Assembly: GCA_964247055.1 (NCBI GenBank)
Contig: OZ176052.1
Coordinates: forward strand, 12,524,001-12,588,000
Length of the DNA: 64,000 bases
Origin: Paragordius varius
Lineage: Eukaryota; Animalia; Nematomorpha
Reading direction: 5' to 3'
Both the position numbers and the translations under genes were made by a program. The notes below the pieces were generated by a model. It had not been told where the DNA came from. It was given only the letters and a program-made list of their open reading frames with translations, and searched no databases. Position 1 is the stretch's first letter; each line of letters starts with the position of its first letter. Shown piece by piece: positions 11,512-24,200 of the stretch.

Positions 11512-13933
11512 TTTGAAGCAGGCTTCTGTTTAAATTATTGTTAACAAACATATTACAAAATCTCGTATTGTTGCAACAATACCATCTGGCACGGAAAGAA
11601 TTTATTAAAGGATATCTATTTAGTCCTGCGGCACATTTTGTGGGAATATCCTCAAGTGCCATGCAGCTAAATAAAAATAACAAAATTTTAAAGCATTGGT
11701 ACAGCTGACAAAATAAACCCTAAAATGGGAGAAGATTTGAAATTTAACAATAGATTTTTGTATTCACTTTTAAACACTTTATGGTCTAGAATCATTTATA
11801 ATTTAAATATCTAAAAAACATTTTTATTGTTGGGCCAAATTTAAGCTTTTAGCCTTTTAGCGCATACAAATTTTTTTTTAAAAATTTAAATTGGTACAAT
11901 AATTCTCATCTCAAACTTTTCTAACGTCATTTTTTCGTCAATACTTTTTTAAATCAATACAATAGAAATATTGTATATTATGGCTAAATAATATAAATAA
12001 TTATTGACAAGCATTCGAATAACAATTCACCAGCAAATTTTTGATATTTATTTATTTTAATATCAGATGTTAACTTTTATCATGTTTCGGAGCTATCCGA
12101 ATTCGGGAACTGTAAAAAATCTAAATTTTTTATCCATACAGGAGTATTGGGTTTTTGATAATTTAATTTTAACCAAAACAACTTTCTTAACAGTAGTTGG
12201 TTTACTACTTCAAGCCCTGGGATAGAAAAATTCCCCAAAATGACATTGCATACAAATAGATGAAAATGATAGAAGTGTTAAGCATAAATAGTGTATTTTT
12301 ATTTTTCTTATAACTATTTTAATAAATATAATTTTAAGATAGCTGACTAAATACCCATAATCAATCTCTTGGGACTCATCGTTAAATTTGACATAACATA
12401 CACCGGTCGTTATGCAATACTTATATTTTTTACACTGACTGCAGTAACAACGGAATAAATCTATCAATAAAATAATATTATTTAAATAAAAAGCAGCAAG
12501 GCTTATAATTATTTCGCTGATGAATATTAAAAGTCCATATTCGAAGCCTCAAATTTTAGAAAAATTAAAATTGGAAGGAGTGGAGTTAGAAGCCACAAAA
12601 TAGGGACAATACCTATAAGAAATATTTTAATGGTTAAGCCATATACTAAGAACTGATATGGAGAATATGGATAGAAAAGGAATGATTAAATATAAATCAA
12701 ATGTTTTAATAAGACATTATTACGATGAAAAAATTAATGTTGCTAAAGATAGGCCTTTGGTAATTCTGGGATATATATGGGTAATATAAAATACCTTTTA
12801 AAGCAGGAGTTTAAATAAAAAAATTTATAGTTTTTTAAATAATTTTTGATTTAATTAAAAAATATGTATCTATAAAATAATTTTACAATCACAAGATAAA
12901 TACAATATTAAAGGCAACAATCGTATATATATATATATATATATATCATACTCAATCGATTTTCATTTTCGGCATCGATACCTATAAAAATTATACAATT
13001 ATAGTTGTCATGGAAATTTTTTTTAGATCAAAATATATAATTATATTTAATATGAAACATCCTCACCCAATTTAAAAGTTTCTCGATTACCATTGCACCA
13101 ATTGAGTTGACAACATCGCCTGCGCGACACAAAGGCCAACGACGAATTCGCATAAACATTTGGTGGCACAACGCAAAACTCGTATTTTTCAAATTTATTC
13201 AGACATCTGATTTTAAAATAGGATTTTTAATCGCATAAAATGAAATTATTAGCAATTTGCAGGATTAGGCTGCTTACTATCCAGATCCTACATACCTTTA
13301 ATAAAATACTAACTATTTTGACATTTAAGCCATTATTTGATCCCATCAGTTACTCTTTAATCATCTTAAATATCTCTTCTTTAAATAGATAAAATTTTAT
13401 ATGACACGTTTTCACAAATATATTTTGCAAGATTTTGGCTTAAAAAACATTTGTGGAAAGTTTAAAAATAATCACTTTAAACAGATTAAGCAATAAAAAA
13501 TATTGAAGATTGTATTTGTCAAATTAGAAAAGAAATTACAACTCACATAATATAGATTTGATTAAATTACCCGAAAGTTATACTGTTATTGTAACGATTT
13601 TCAACAAAGCAAGAACCGTCTGTGGCACAATATCTGGATCGAAACCTACAATTATTGCAATGGCACCAAAGGGTTTCTAAACATTTGAAAAAGTATACAA
13701 GGTTAAATAAAAAAAAATACAAAAAAAATATTTATTTTTGTAAAATTACAATTAAAATAACCTTTATTTGTGTGATAATCATATTTAGGCCATTATAACA
13801 TATTAAAAATTATACTTTTTGATATAAAAATAAATGCCACAATTTTAAATTAGGTTTGATCTGTACCAGTTTCGAATGCATTCCTTACAGTAACTATGAT
13901 GTTTAGAAAAATACCCAGTAAACCTGTGAACAT
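11512..13933 (-). CDS. Signal-peptide protein with two tandem 10-Cys TGF-beta/activin/BMP type I receptor-like ectodomains (3' end unresolved)
   Basis: Exons 13933-13867 (MFTGLLGIFLNIIVTVRNAFET), 13676-13571, 13206-13091, 12460-12355, 11666-11512; all GT-AG and in phase. Domain A: LWCHCNNCRFRSRYCATDGSCF...GCL...FC...CCQLNWCN. Domain B: FRCYCSQCKKYKYCITTGVCY...GCM...KC...CCNNTRFCN. Confidence 0.88.
12530..12790 (+). mobile_element. Decayed RTE-like LINE 3' fragment (intronic)
   Basis: Stop-interrupted frame containing WLSHILRTD, similar to the RTE WLGHVLRMD motif. Confidence 0.5.
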
Positions 13934-14485
13934 ATGTAAAACCCTTTTTTTAAATATGTAATTATATTGCAAGCTTAATTTAATCAAAAAGTGTTTTTCT
14001 TTCTATGTCCTTATTTAATCAAATGTCAATATTTATATTCGATAACACTACTAGAGCAAAATGATTGGTTATTTTATAGAGTTAAGTTCCACTACATATT
14101 ACATATTTGCATTTGCAATATAAATTGACTGGAATGAATCACAAAGCAGTCAAACCGATTCTTAATAAACGGTTACCTGATCTTAGTTAAAAAACTAATT
14201 TTAGAATACCCCGATAATGTTGTGTTTTTAAGTTTTTTCATTTATGTTGTAAAATTAATTTCATGTATAATAATAAACCTCGACTAATGAAAGATATTTT
14301 GAGTTTTAATTTCTATTATAACAATTCGTATAAGGTTAAAAACATTTTATTATTTGGAGTATTTCACCATCATATTTTTTTATTTCTAATTCTTAAACTA
14401 TTAACTTGTCGCCTGAATAATTAATACCACTTCTTGTCTCAACACATTCCCATTTTATGACCGTTAAATACAAATAGATTTATAT

Positions 14486-15759
14486 CAGGGGTGGCCAAAG
14501 GGTCGACCGCGGTTTACTTTGTGACCGCCTGAAAGTTTTTATAAAAGTGCAAAAAATATTTTTTCACAGATAGATCTAAACAAAATAATAATTTATTTTT
14601 CTTAATATATTTTTATTTGGTATTTGAAAAATATACTTGTTAACAAAAATTTTAAGTTAATTAAGTATTTTATTTAAATGTTTGCGATTTCCTTAGAAAA
14701 TAGTTTAAAATTAGCAAAAAAACAATAAACTTATATTTTAGTATGGTTGAAAATTCAAGCTAGAAAAATGCTAAAGTACATCGTTATATAGAAATGAATG
14801 GGAAAGATTACATTTTATAATTGAATAATAAATGTACTTGTTATGCATTTCCTCCGTTGCCTAAAAAGGCAAATGTCCAAAGATATTTTACTCCTTTCAC
14901 ATGAGATCAAAAATACAATTCAGATATTCTCAAATCAAAGATCAATGTTGAAAAAACAAAATGCTTAGAAACACTGCATTGAATAATACAATAATAAAAA
15001 ATCCATAATTGCAACTTACAAACTATCAGAAATCCTATTAAAAAACAACGTATCTATTCAGGACGTTTTGGAAAAAAGCTCTAATAAAGCTTCCGAAGTG
15101 CTATTAGAAAATTATGAAGACAAGAGTTTCAGATGTCAAATTAGAAAAATGCTTAAAATACTGTTGTTTAATAGATTTGCAATGTACAATTTTTCTGAGA
15201 TATCGCATTAAAAGGTCAAGAAGCGATTTTAGATCTTTCATTTGTGGATATAAATATTCTCTAAAATAGATAGATATATTCGTAGTAAAATTTGTTTTTA
15301 TCTTCTATAAATGCAGCACGACTATGTCAACCCTGATTCCTTTAAATAAACTCAAACTGAGGTGCGACATTGTTTTCAATTTGATGGAATATACAATGTC
15401 GAAGCGTATGTATATTGTTTAAATGGTATGCATAATCCATAGTAAATTATAAAGATCACAGTTAATTATCCATAAATTGAATAAGGTCAATGTTTTAATA
15501 ATTGTACAGATTGCAACTAGAGCTCTTGTGAATCAACCTTAATTATGTATTATGATATAACTGAGATAATATAAAAAAACTACTCAAAACAATTATTATA
15601 AAATAATTTGTGCTAGTCACCCCAATCGGAAAATAGAGATATATATATTTGGATCATTTGTATGAAGTGATGAATAAATCTACTTCATATTCATACGTGC
15701 TCGTTTGAAATTTTCTCCCCAAAAAATAGCCCGCAGGAAAAAAAGGTTGGCCACCCCTG
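14486..15759. mobile_element. hAT (Charlie/Buster-type) deletion derivative
   Basis: TIR CAGGGGTGGCCAA / TTGGCCACCCCTG; TSD ATTTATAT / CTCTATAT (6 of 8 match); internal transposase-like remnants. Confidence 0.85.
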
Positions 15760-16987
15760 CTCTATATTATGTATATGAGCAATCGTGATTTAAATATCAA
15801 AAGCTATTGTGATACCCCTTTTTGACAACCAATATTTATTCAAAAAAGATAAAAGCCTTTTACTGCTATTCTGAACCTAATGTTTTTAATTATTTATTGT
15901 TTTAAGTGCAATAATATAAAATTATATTTCATGCAAATTAATGATAAAATCTAATGGAATACAGACATTTTCATTTCTTTCAATAAATGCCCGAATAATC
16001 AACATTAAATAATTGCTATTAAAACCTGCTACTAATAGGGATAATTGCGACCCATAAAATAGTAGAATAATTTTTGCCATTTTTATGCAAATTATTAAAA
16101 TATATTATTGTGGCTATAAAATGCAAGATTTGTTATATTTCGTCTGACGAGGTTAAATAAAAGAGTAGGTTAATGAATCGTAGCTAAAATTATATAACTG
16201 TAAATAAAAATTGCAAGTATTGTGCCTTTATCAATAAAAATATACGAGGTCGATAAGAATAAATAATTTATTAATAGCCCTGCCAATAATAATCCTTCTT
16301 GCCTCAATATGTTTTAAAGGTCATCTTCAAATCCACAAAAGCTTGAAAAGTTTGATATGAAAAAATAAATTACTAAGAATGCTGATAGACTCATATTTGA
16401 TTGATGTAAAATAATTAATTTGCTATTAAAATTTAAAAATAATTTTTCATAAGGTCAATTAAATGCATCGATTCAATATCATTTAAGCCGTTTACTAATT
16501 GAGATGAGTTTTGTAAAATAGGTTTAATTTAATGATAATATTTGCGATGTTAACACTTAATTATATTTTAAGATTGTTGCTAATTTCTGATATCGCTTAT
16601 GTCGCCTTCGGTACGTAGCGGTTTGCGATCTAAACCGATAGCAGAGCGCCGATCAAAATATATTTTTCGACAAAAAACACATAAAAAATAATAATATCTG
16701 CATTAGTATAAAAAATATTTTCGCCATTTATTTATAATAATTAAACTTTGTTGGGCATATATTTGGCCATTTCCAGTTATTTAGTGATAAAATAAATTTC
16801 CGATTGTAGGCACAATATGGCCATGAAGGACTGATTCGTAAGCCGTCAGACAGGTTATTATCATTGATAAAAGGATATTCTACTAACAAATGGAAATATA
16901 TTTAATTAGATCTATAACTGAGAATATAACTTTTTGCGATATTTATTATTTTTCTGTTTTTTGTAATATTTCTTTTGTAACTCATAT

Positions 16988-17060
16988 TGTTGTTATGAGT
17001 ATGTTCGTATGGTACCCGATAGAGTGTGATTGTTTTATCCGAATATGCTCACTAATAATA
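16988..17060 (+). ncRNA. Candidate structured RNA hairpin (class unknown)
   Basis: 20-bp outer stem (16988-17007 with 17040-17060, one bulge) plus 8-bp inner stem (17018-17025 with 17032-17039). All 7 non-Watson-Crick pairs are G:U on the + strand. Confidence 0.4.
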
Positions 17061-18046
17061 TAAGTAAGCCCCTTAAATAACAAACTCAGGTACAGTGATA
17101 AAAAATATAAAATGTTTTGCATATCTAAACCAAAATTTGAAAAAACACATATTTTTTAGCAGATAATGTTAAATATAGGGTGCTGCAAAATTGCAGATCT
17201 CTTTTTAATTTTTTTCCAAATTCTTGAGTTTTAAAAACATTATTAGAGCTGTAGTAATCCAAATTTTCGGACTAATTACATAATAAATATTTTTAAAATA
17301 TAAAATGCTTGGTTATTGTTAATGAAAATCTAAAATACAAAATTAAAAATGAATTCCAAATAAAAACAGAGTTTTTCTGGTTTCAATTGTGCTTCTCTGC
17401 AGGTATTATTAAATTACAATAACCGGTACGTTCCAAATAACATATTATAATTTTTTTAGGCTTAGATCGAGGTTAAAAAAATTGATTGGGGCAGCGTTTT
17501 CCTTTAATTTTTGGATATTCTAATTATTGCGACAACAAACCGCAAAATTTATTGCCTATGAAAAATAACTGTTGCAAAATCTTAATATTTATAAAGAAAA
17601 TATCTTATTATCTGGGATATTGGACGAAAGAGGACAATATGCATGTTAGCCTTTTTTATTATTAAAAATGAAATGCAAATGTAAAAACATCACCGTTTTC
17701 AATTTATTATCGCATTTTTTTTAATACACATTATATTGATTTATTTTTTGTTTCAATTCCATTTCTCCCCATTAATTTTTTTGGGTTGAAGCAGTTTTAT
17801 CCTTTGGAATATTGCATTTTTTTTGTAATAAGTCACGCCAATATGTATTGTTTATAAAAAAACAAAAGGTAATAAACTGATATATATAATAAAGCTTATA
17901 ATTATATTTGGCAAAAATACCTTCTATATCTGTGGGATAAAACACTCATTTTATTTTATATAGGAAAGAGTAACAAAGTGTTAACTATAAATCAGTATTT
18001 TAATTTTAAAATGCGTCATCAGTGTATGTTGTATGAGGATATCCTA

Positions 18047-20529
18047 ATGTCAGGTGTTTTTCACGATAAAAACAAAATACAGACGGTGGTCCAAGATCGG
18101 TTAAATGAAGCCTTTAAAAGTCAATACATTAAATTAAATGTTGGAGGACATTTATTTTATACAACTATCAACACACTTACCAAATATGATAATATGCTTC
18201 GGGCGATGTTTAGTGGACGAATCAATATTTTAGCCGATGAAGAAGGTAAAATATTAATTTATATTTACAGGATGGATTTTATTGGATAGATCTGGAAAAC
18301 ATTTCGATAAAATTTTAAATTTTTTGCGAGATGCCCATGTTTGTTTGCCAAAGAATGAACAGGAGTTGAATGAGATTCTTGTCGAAGCCAAATATTATTT
18401 AATTCTAGAATTGGTTGATTTATGTACAAAAGAAATAAATGCCCTCGAAGAAGAGTTAGAACCAATTTGTCGAATTCCTCTAATAACATCCAAAAAGGAA
18501 GAACAGATACTCTTGTCAACGACCACAAAACCGGTCGTTAAACTTTTAATTAACCGACATAACAATAAATATTCGTATACAAAGTATGTTTTCATAAATT
18601 TTACATTTTGGCATTCAAAAAAATTATTTTTTGTTAGTTTAGAGTTAAAAGTTCTATGTTATCATTGGTGAGTTTTGTAGATAAATGTGCGATTCCGAAA
18701 TAGCCTTGGCTAATAAGTTTTTAAATTGTTAATAAGGAAAAAAATTAAAGTATGTTCAACATTAGGATATAACACATTCAGTCCTTCAATTTGGATTGGG
18801 GTTACCCCAGGCCAGATTAAAATAAAATATTTCACGAAATAGGGAATAAATTGAATGCAAAATTTTGCACTAATATAACATTGATGCACTGGTATTGAAA
18901 AGAGTTTTTATCAAACAAAATTGATTATAATAATCTTATTGATAAACTTAGCCAACATGACATGTGTGTATTAGCTAAATATAAATTTATTGCAAAATAA
19001 ACCACTTTTTATGTTTTTATATATGTTAGATGTGATTTTAATTAAAAATTAACCTTAACTTTAGCGTTGGAATAATAAAACGATATTTTGCAAAAAAAAT
19101 AAATAAAAACGGCGGCAGAGTAGTTTGATATGGTCATCTAATAACCTTAGTTATTAGGATAGAAGCATAAATTTAAATTGCAATCGTCCTTTTCAGTAAT
19201 TTTTTAGAATATTAATTCAAATATGGTGGGGCTTCCCTAGTTACCCCAATTTGAATCAAAGAGTTATGCAAGTATACAAATAAATTATACCCGCTTATAC
19301 AAATTTGATTTTCACTAACAATTTAGATGTACTTATATATGCAATGTTCAAATATAATAACCTATTTAAGGTACCGTTTCACTAAATCAATTCTTATCCA
19401 TTAGATTTCTAATTAAATGCTGACTTATACAATGTTAGGATTTTTCAATATAGTCCATATTTGTTTCTTTTTTTTGGACTTTGAATCCTAACTTGATTAT
19501 TTAGATAATATAGCCATACAATATAAAAAATTAATAAAATCCAATAAGATTGTTAGTGAAACATTTATCTTTTATCTGAGAGGATTAAATTTGCGTTTCG
19601 TATTAACGCTTGTTGGATTATTAATACACACCTTGTCGAACTAAACTTTATAAATTTTTATACTATTGTAATCAATTTTATCTTCCTTTTATACTATTTA
19701 GCATGTCAGATGACAATCTTCTAAAAAACATTGAATTGTTTGATCGACTTTCCTTGCGATTCAGTCATCGCATTCTGTTTATAAAAGACATTCTTGGAAA
19801 TAATGAAATATGTTGTTGGTTCTTTTTTGGCGATAATCGCAAGATTGCAGAAGTGTGTTGCACATCTATCGTATATACCACGGAAAAGAAACAAACAAAA
19901 GTACATCCCTAATTTTAAACCAAACATACATCAGTCAATTTTTTATTGTGCGCGGACTTTTTTTTGTAAAATGGATTTTTGTAATATTTTTAAGCCATGG
20001 TTTCTAACATGAAAAAAAAACGTTTTTTTATTTACTAAATATATTTAAACAAAACGCTTTTTTATATATATTAATAATGAAATTAATTTATAAAATATGT
20101 GTATAATTTGGTTTTAATAAGGTATATATTTTTTTAGCGTTAAATGGCGTTTTCATTTGAATTCTCTTCTAAAGTTTTTTTTTCTTTATGCCGATTTTTT
20201 TAAATTTTGTGCGGTCCCGTGCTTTTCACCGAAAATGTTTAATTCAAACCATATATATAATTATATGAAAATCTATTAATAAGGTTGATTTCCCAGAAGC
20301 CCGAATATATGAAGAAACTTTAAATACATTGCTTTATGAATCCAACAAAAATAAGGAGAATGTTACAGAACAAATGCGGCCCCTTTTTGTCGACACACAA
20401 AAACTTTCTTTGATTTCGAATGTTGGAAATAGTATTACGACCAACTATACAAGTGATGATGAAGATTCTACCAATATTCCTTCAACTAAAGATTTGGAGC
20501 GTGTCAGACGCCTCAGATTTCATGATTAG
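18047..20529 (+). CDS. KCTD10: BTB/POZ CUL3 adaptor, KCTD10/KCTD13/TNFAIP1 family
   Basis: Exons 18047-18245, 18271-18583, 19702-19900, 20284-20529. Motifs [74 protein letters not shown]. The upstream in-frame ATG at 18011 is an alternative start. Confidence 0.95.
18756..19266 (-). mobile_element. piggyBac-like TTAA MITE, degenerate reverse copy in KCTD10 intron 2
   Basis: Both ends match the reverse complement of the 56091-56654 element (GGATATAACACATTC... and CCCCAATTTGAATCAAAG). Confidence 0.75.
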
Positions 20530-20658
20530 AGGCAAAATCTACTGATTACTTCCAGAAAAGCGAAAAAAATTATATAAATTAATATGGCTCAATGTGATAT
20601 TAAAATGTGAGAATATGGATATTTATTATGCTAATAAAGAAAAATTTATACATTAATG

Positions 20659-21171
20659 TTATCTAAACTCATCTTTGTATGTAGGAAATCCTGATGTTTT
20701 ATTAATACGATTTTCTAAACATGTATGATGCAATAAACCTATTAAAGTATTGGGTTTGGCAAATTTTTTCTAATTTTACAAAAATGATAAACCTCTATAT
20801 CAATTGCGCGTTGTTTTATTTCCTGAAATTGTTTAATGCGTTGATTAATTTCCTATACTCTTATAAAAAAATTACATCTTGTGTGGGCGCATTCTTTCGT
20901 TTACCCCTTAACCAAGCTATATTAATATAAAAAAGTATCGATACATTCCCATTCGATATCCAACTCCCTGGGTGAATATTCATCCCTAGGATCAAAGGGT
21001 TCAAAGTAACGTCTAACTTTCCCACTGCCTTATGGTAAACATAAAAGTACTGATTTTCTCGTAAAAAACGTTTCCTGACACATCTTTACCAATAAGTTTA
21101 GCATTTTTGTTTTGATAAAATGAATCAAATTTGCTCAAAAAATTTCTTAGAGCAATGAATATTTTGCTCAT
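20659..21171 (-). CDS. NDUFAF2: Complex I assembly factor NDUFAF2 (NDUFA12 family), 130 aa
   Basis: Exons 21171-21051, 21028-20945, 20916-20876, 20852-20793, 20769-20739, 20714-20659; introns 22, 28, 23, 23, 24 nt. Product: ...LIGKDVSGNVFYE...RRYFEP...DIEWESWLRGKRKNAPTQDEI...GFPTYKDEFR*. Not in the ORF track. Confidence 0.9.
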
Positions 21172-21204
21172 ATCATATGGAATTTAACTCAAAAAGTTAC
21201 ATAC

Positions 21205-24200
21205 ATGTCACAAAATATACGAGGTGCAAAACACCGAGGATCTTGGTACGAAAGCTCAGGTTTAATGCTTTTTTATGATTTAGCTTCCAAAATAGATAAA
21301 CAACTATCCGATTGGTTAGGATTTAAAAATACTCAAAAGGATTCGAATATATTAAAAGCCATAATATCTCCGTATATGCAATTATAATGTTTTAGGCATG
21401 CAGGATATGCATATTCAGGATCAACCGCTGGTTATGCCTATTATAACATTAACCCATCAAATTAGTATTTTTTAATTTTAATTCATAAGCAATAAAATTT
21501 TCATATTAGGCCCTTCGCACCATGTCAGGTTAAATACTTGTGCATTGTCGCCTGCTTTATATTATGAAACACCCTTTTACAACCTTAAAATCGATGAAGA
21601 AAGTACTATAAAAATTATAAAACTCCATCATAATTTTAAACATATATTTTTCAAAAGGAAACCGTATTTTTAAATCCATGATTTTACCTATGTAATGTTT
21701 ACGATCACAATTGTGAAATATAAAATTGGTTGTGTTACCGATTTACACCGCTGTGTTAATAACCCAGTGATACTTACCAAAAAATTTTGTAGGCCCGTAA
21801 ATTTTTTTTATTCTGTTTCAAGGGCCAAACACCATATAAAGCCGATTAATAATTTATAGCTATTCGAATTTGCATAACTTTATATTCCAAATTAATAATT
21901 ATATATATATTTAAGGACCACATACTGCTCGTTGGCCGCGGGCTGAGTACCATTGTTAAAACCAATACGATATATTATATTGAATGACCAATTTTTTATA
22001 TGATTTTCCCTACTATTTGAAAAAATGTCGTTTACATTATATTATGCATGGCATTTACTACTCTAATTTTTACTGTATCTTTTAAGTATACGCTGAATTA
22101 CAAGCGACTGGTTTATTTAAAACGTTTACCCTGGACCAAGATGAAGATGAACACAGTCTTGAGATGCAATTACCCTACTTGGCTAAAGTTATGTCAAAGT
22201 TTTTTTTCCTTTTTAATTTTGCAGTTACAAGGATCAGTTTACAATCATACCAATCATTGTTGGCTCGTTATCATATGAAAAAGAGGCTCAATTCGGTCAA
22301 TTATTGGCCAAATATTTCCTACGTCCCAATGTACTGTTTGTAATCTCTTCTGACTTTTGTCATTGGGGTAATTGCATGTTAAATTACGTTTTTTATCATA
22401 TGGTTATTAAAAATGAATATTAAATGAAAGACGTTTGAATTTTTAAATTATTTGCTAATTACAACATGGACGATTTTAAATCTTAAGCATGAATGCAAAA
22501 TAATAATTAATCTTATACCATTTACACCTCAAATCACCCTTGAAGTTTTAAATTCACCATAAAATAACTTTTGTGTGTTTTAATATCAAAAATTACCGAT
22601 ATTTTTTATATTTTTCAAAAAAAGTAATTTCGTTTAAAATAATCATTATAAAATTATGCCATAAAGAAATAGAATGATAAGCTATATTAGCCAAAAACAG
22701 ATAAATTTATTTTTAGGGGGAATTTGAGATGTAAATGGTATAATATAAGTATATATTTCAGCAATTATAACATGAGTATTTATAATTTTGGATTTCAACC
22801 GAGTTAATGAATTTATTAATAAATATTTGATATTTCACAGTTTTTGCCTAATTATTGGCTCATCTTTAAACCTTCGATTCAAATTGGGGTATCTAAATAC
22901 CCAGACTAAATTTAAATTAATATTATTAAAAAACTACTGAAGGAAACAGCCCCAATTTAAATTTATGCTTCTATCCTCATAAAAAGTATATAAATATGCC
23001 ATAATATCTTGATAAAATTTTGTTTTGAAAAAAAGTTCCATCTCAAACTTCTTCGACGCCATTTTTATTTTACAAAATTTTTGCAAAATATCGTCTTCAT
23101 TTAATTTTAAGGGTAAAACTAAAGCTAATTTTATATATAAATCACATCTAACATTGATAGAAATAGAAAAAGCGGTTTATTTTGTATTATTCTTTAATTT
23201 TACAATTTCACACATGGCACGTTGACGAAATTTTTACCTTTCGGTTTTAGCTTAAAATAAGTAATATCAAGTATTTTTGAATAAAATTTTTTATATATTT
23301 CGGTTTATCAATGTTATATAAATGCAATGCCATGGTTTCGATTCCTTCCATACTTTTTAAAGTATTTGATTTTAAACAGGCCTGGGGTATCCAACTACCC
23401 CAATTTGAATCGAAGGACTAAAATGAGTGTGTTGTATCCAAGTGTTAAAAGCGGTGCCAAATATGGTCGTGGCAAAAAAATGCATCCTTTAAATATTTCG
23501 CTTTCTTTTTTTATTATTTGGTGTTGTTTAGGCAGACGCTTTAATTACATGTACCATGATAAAAGTTTTGAAATTTATGAATCCATTCAAAATTTGGATA
23601 AACGAGGAATGTATTTGATTGAGAATTTGGATCCTGAAGGTTTTCACAGATATTTGAAAGAATGTGGAAACACGATATGTGGGCGACATCCTATCGCTAT
23701 ATTATTACAAGTACAATTTAAGAAAGATTTAAAATTAAAAAAATGACCAATATAATTTTGTTTCATTTGATAACATTTTTCATCGAATTCTTGAGGCTTA
23801 ATTATACAATATAAATATTGGGATTGTAACACGTATGCAATGAATTTTAGTAGTTTTTTATTGAAAAAAATTTTTTTAGGAATGTTAAGGATTCAATTTT
23901 ATCGAATTTATCATCATTGATTAATTTAGCTATACATACTATGGCGTTATAGCATATATTTGATATCCTGATACCAAATCTACTGGTACCAATATTAATT
24001 ATTTTAATATTTTTTTTCACAAATTTACAAAGAGTTTTGGAATTTTCCATTCATATACCTTTATAATGTTGTGGATTTTTTTATAAAATATAGTCTAATT
24101 TTTAGATTTACAAAAATATCACAAGCCAAGTTCAAGATCGAAAAATTCGATTTTTGGATTACAAACAATCGAATCGAGCTCAGACTTACAATGATTCTTC

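Noticed and set aside
16590-16670. Small GC-rich island with a CGGTTT/AAACCG stem
   Set aside because: Only a 6-bp stem; no tRNA, snRNA or snoRNA boxes recognised.
18265-18595. Antisense ORFs over KCTD10 (likewise 19721, 29024, 34954, 44354, 44648, 49891, 60174, 63261)
   Set aside because: Shadow frames of real coding exons.
23327-23531. N-terminal part of the 139-aa ORF as a MEMO1 extension
   Set aside because: Derived from the TTAA MITE and intron; MEMO1 homology begins at the acceptor at 23532. The same applies to ORF 49310 upstream of the HP1 ATG.
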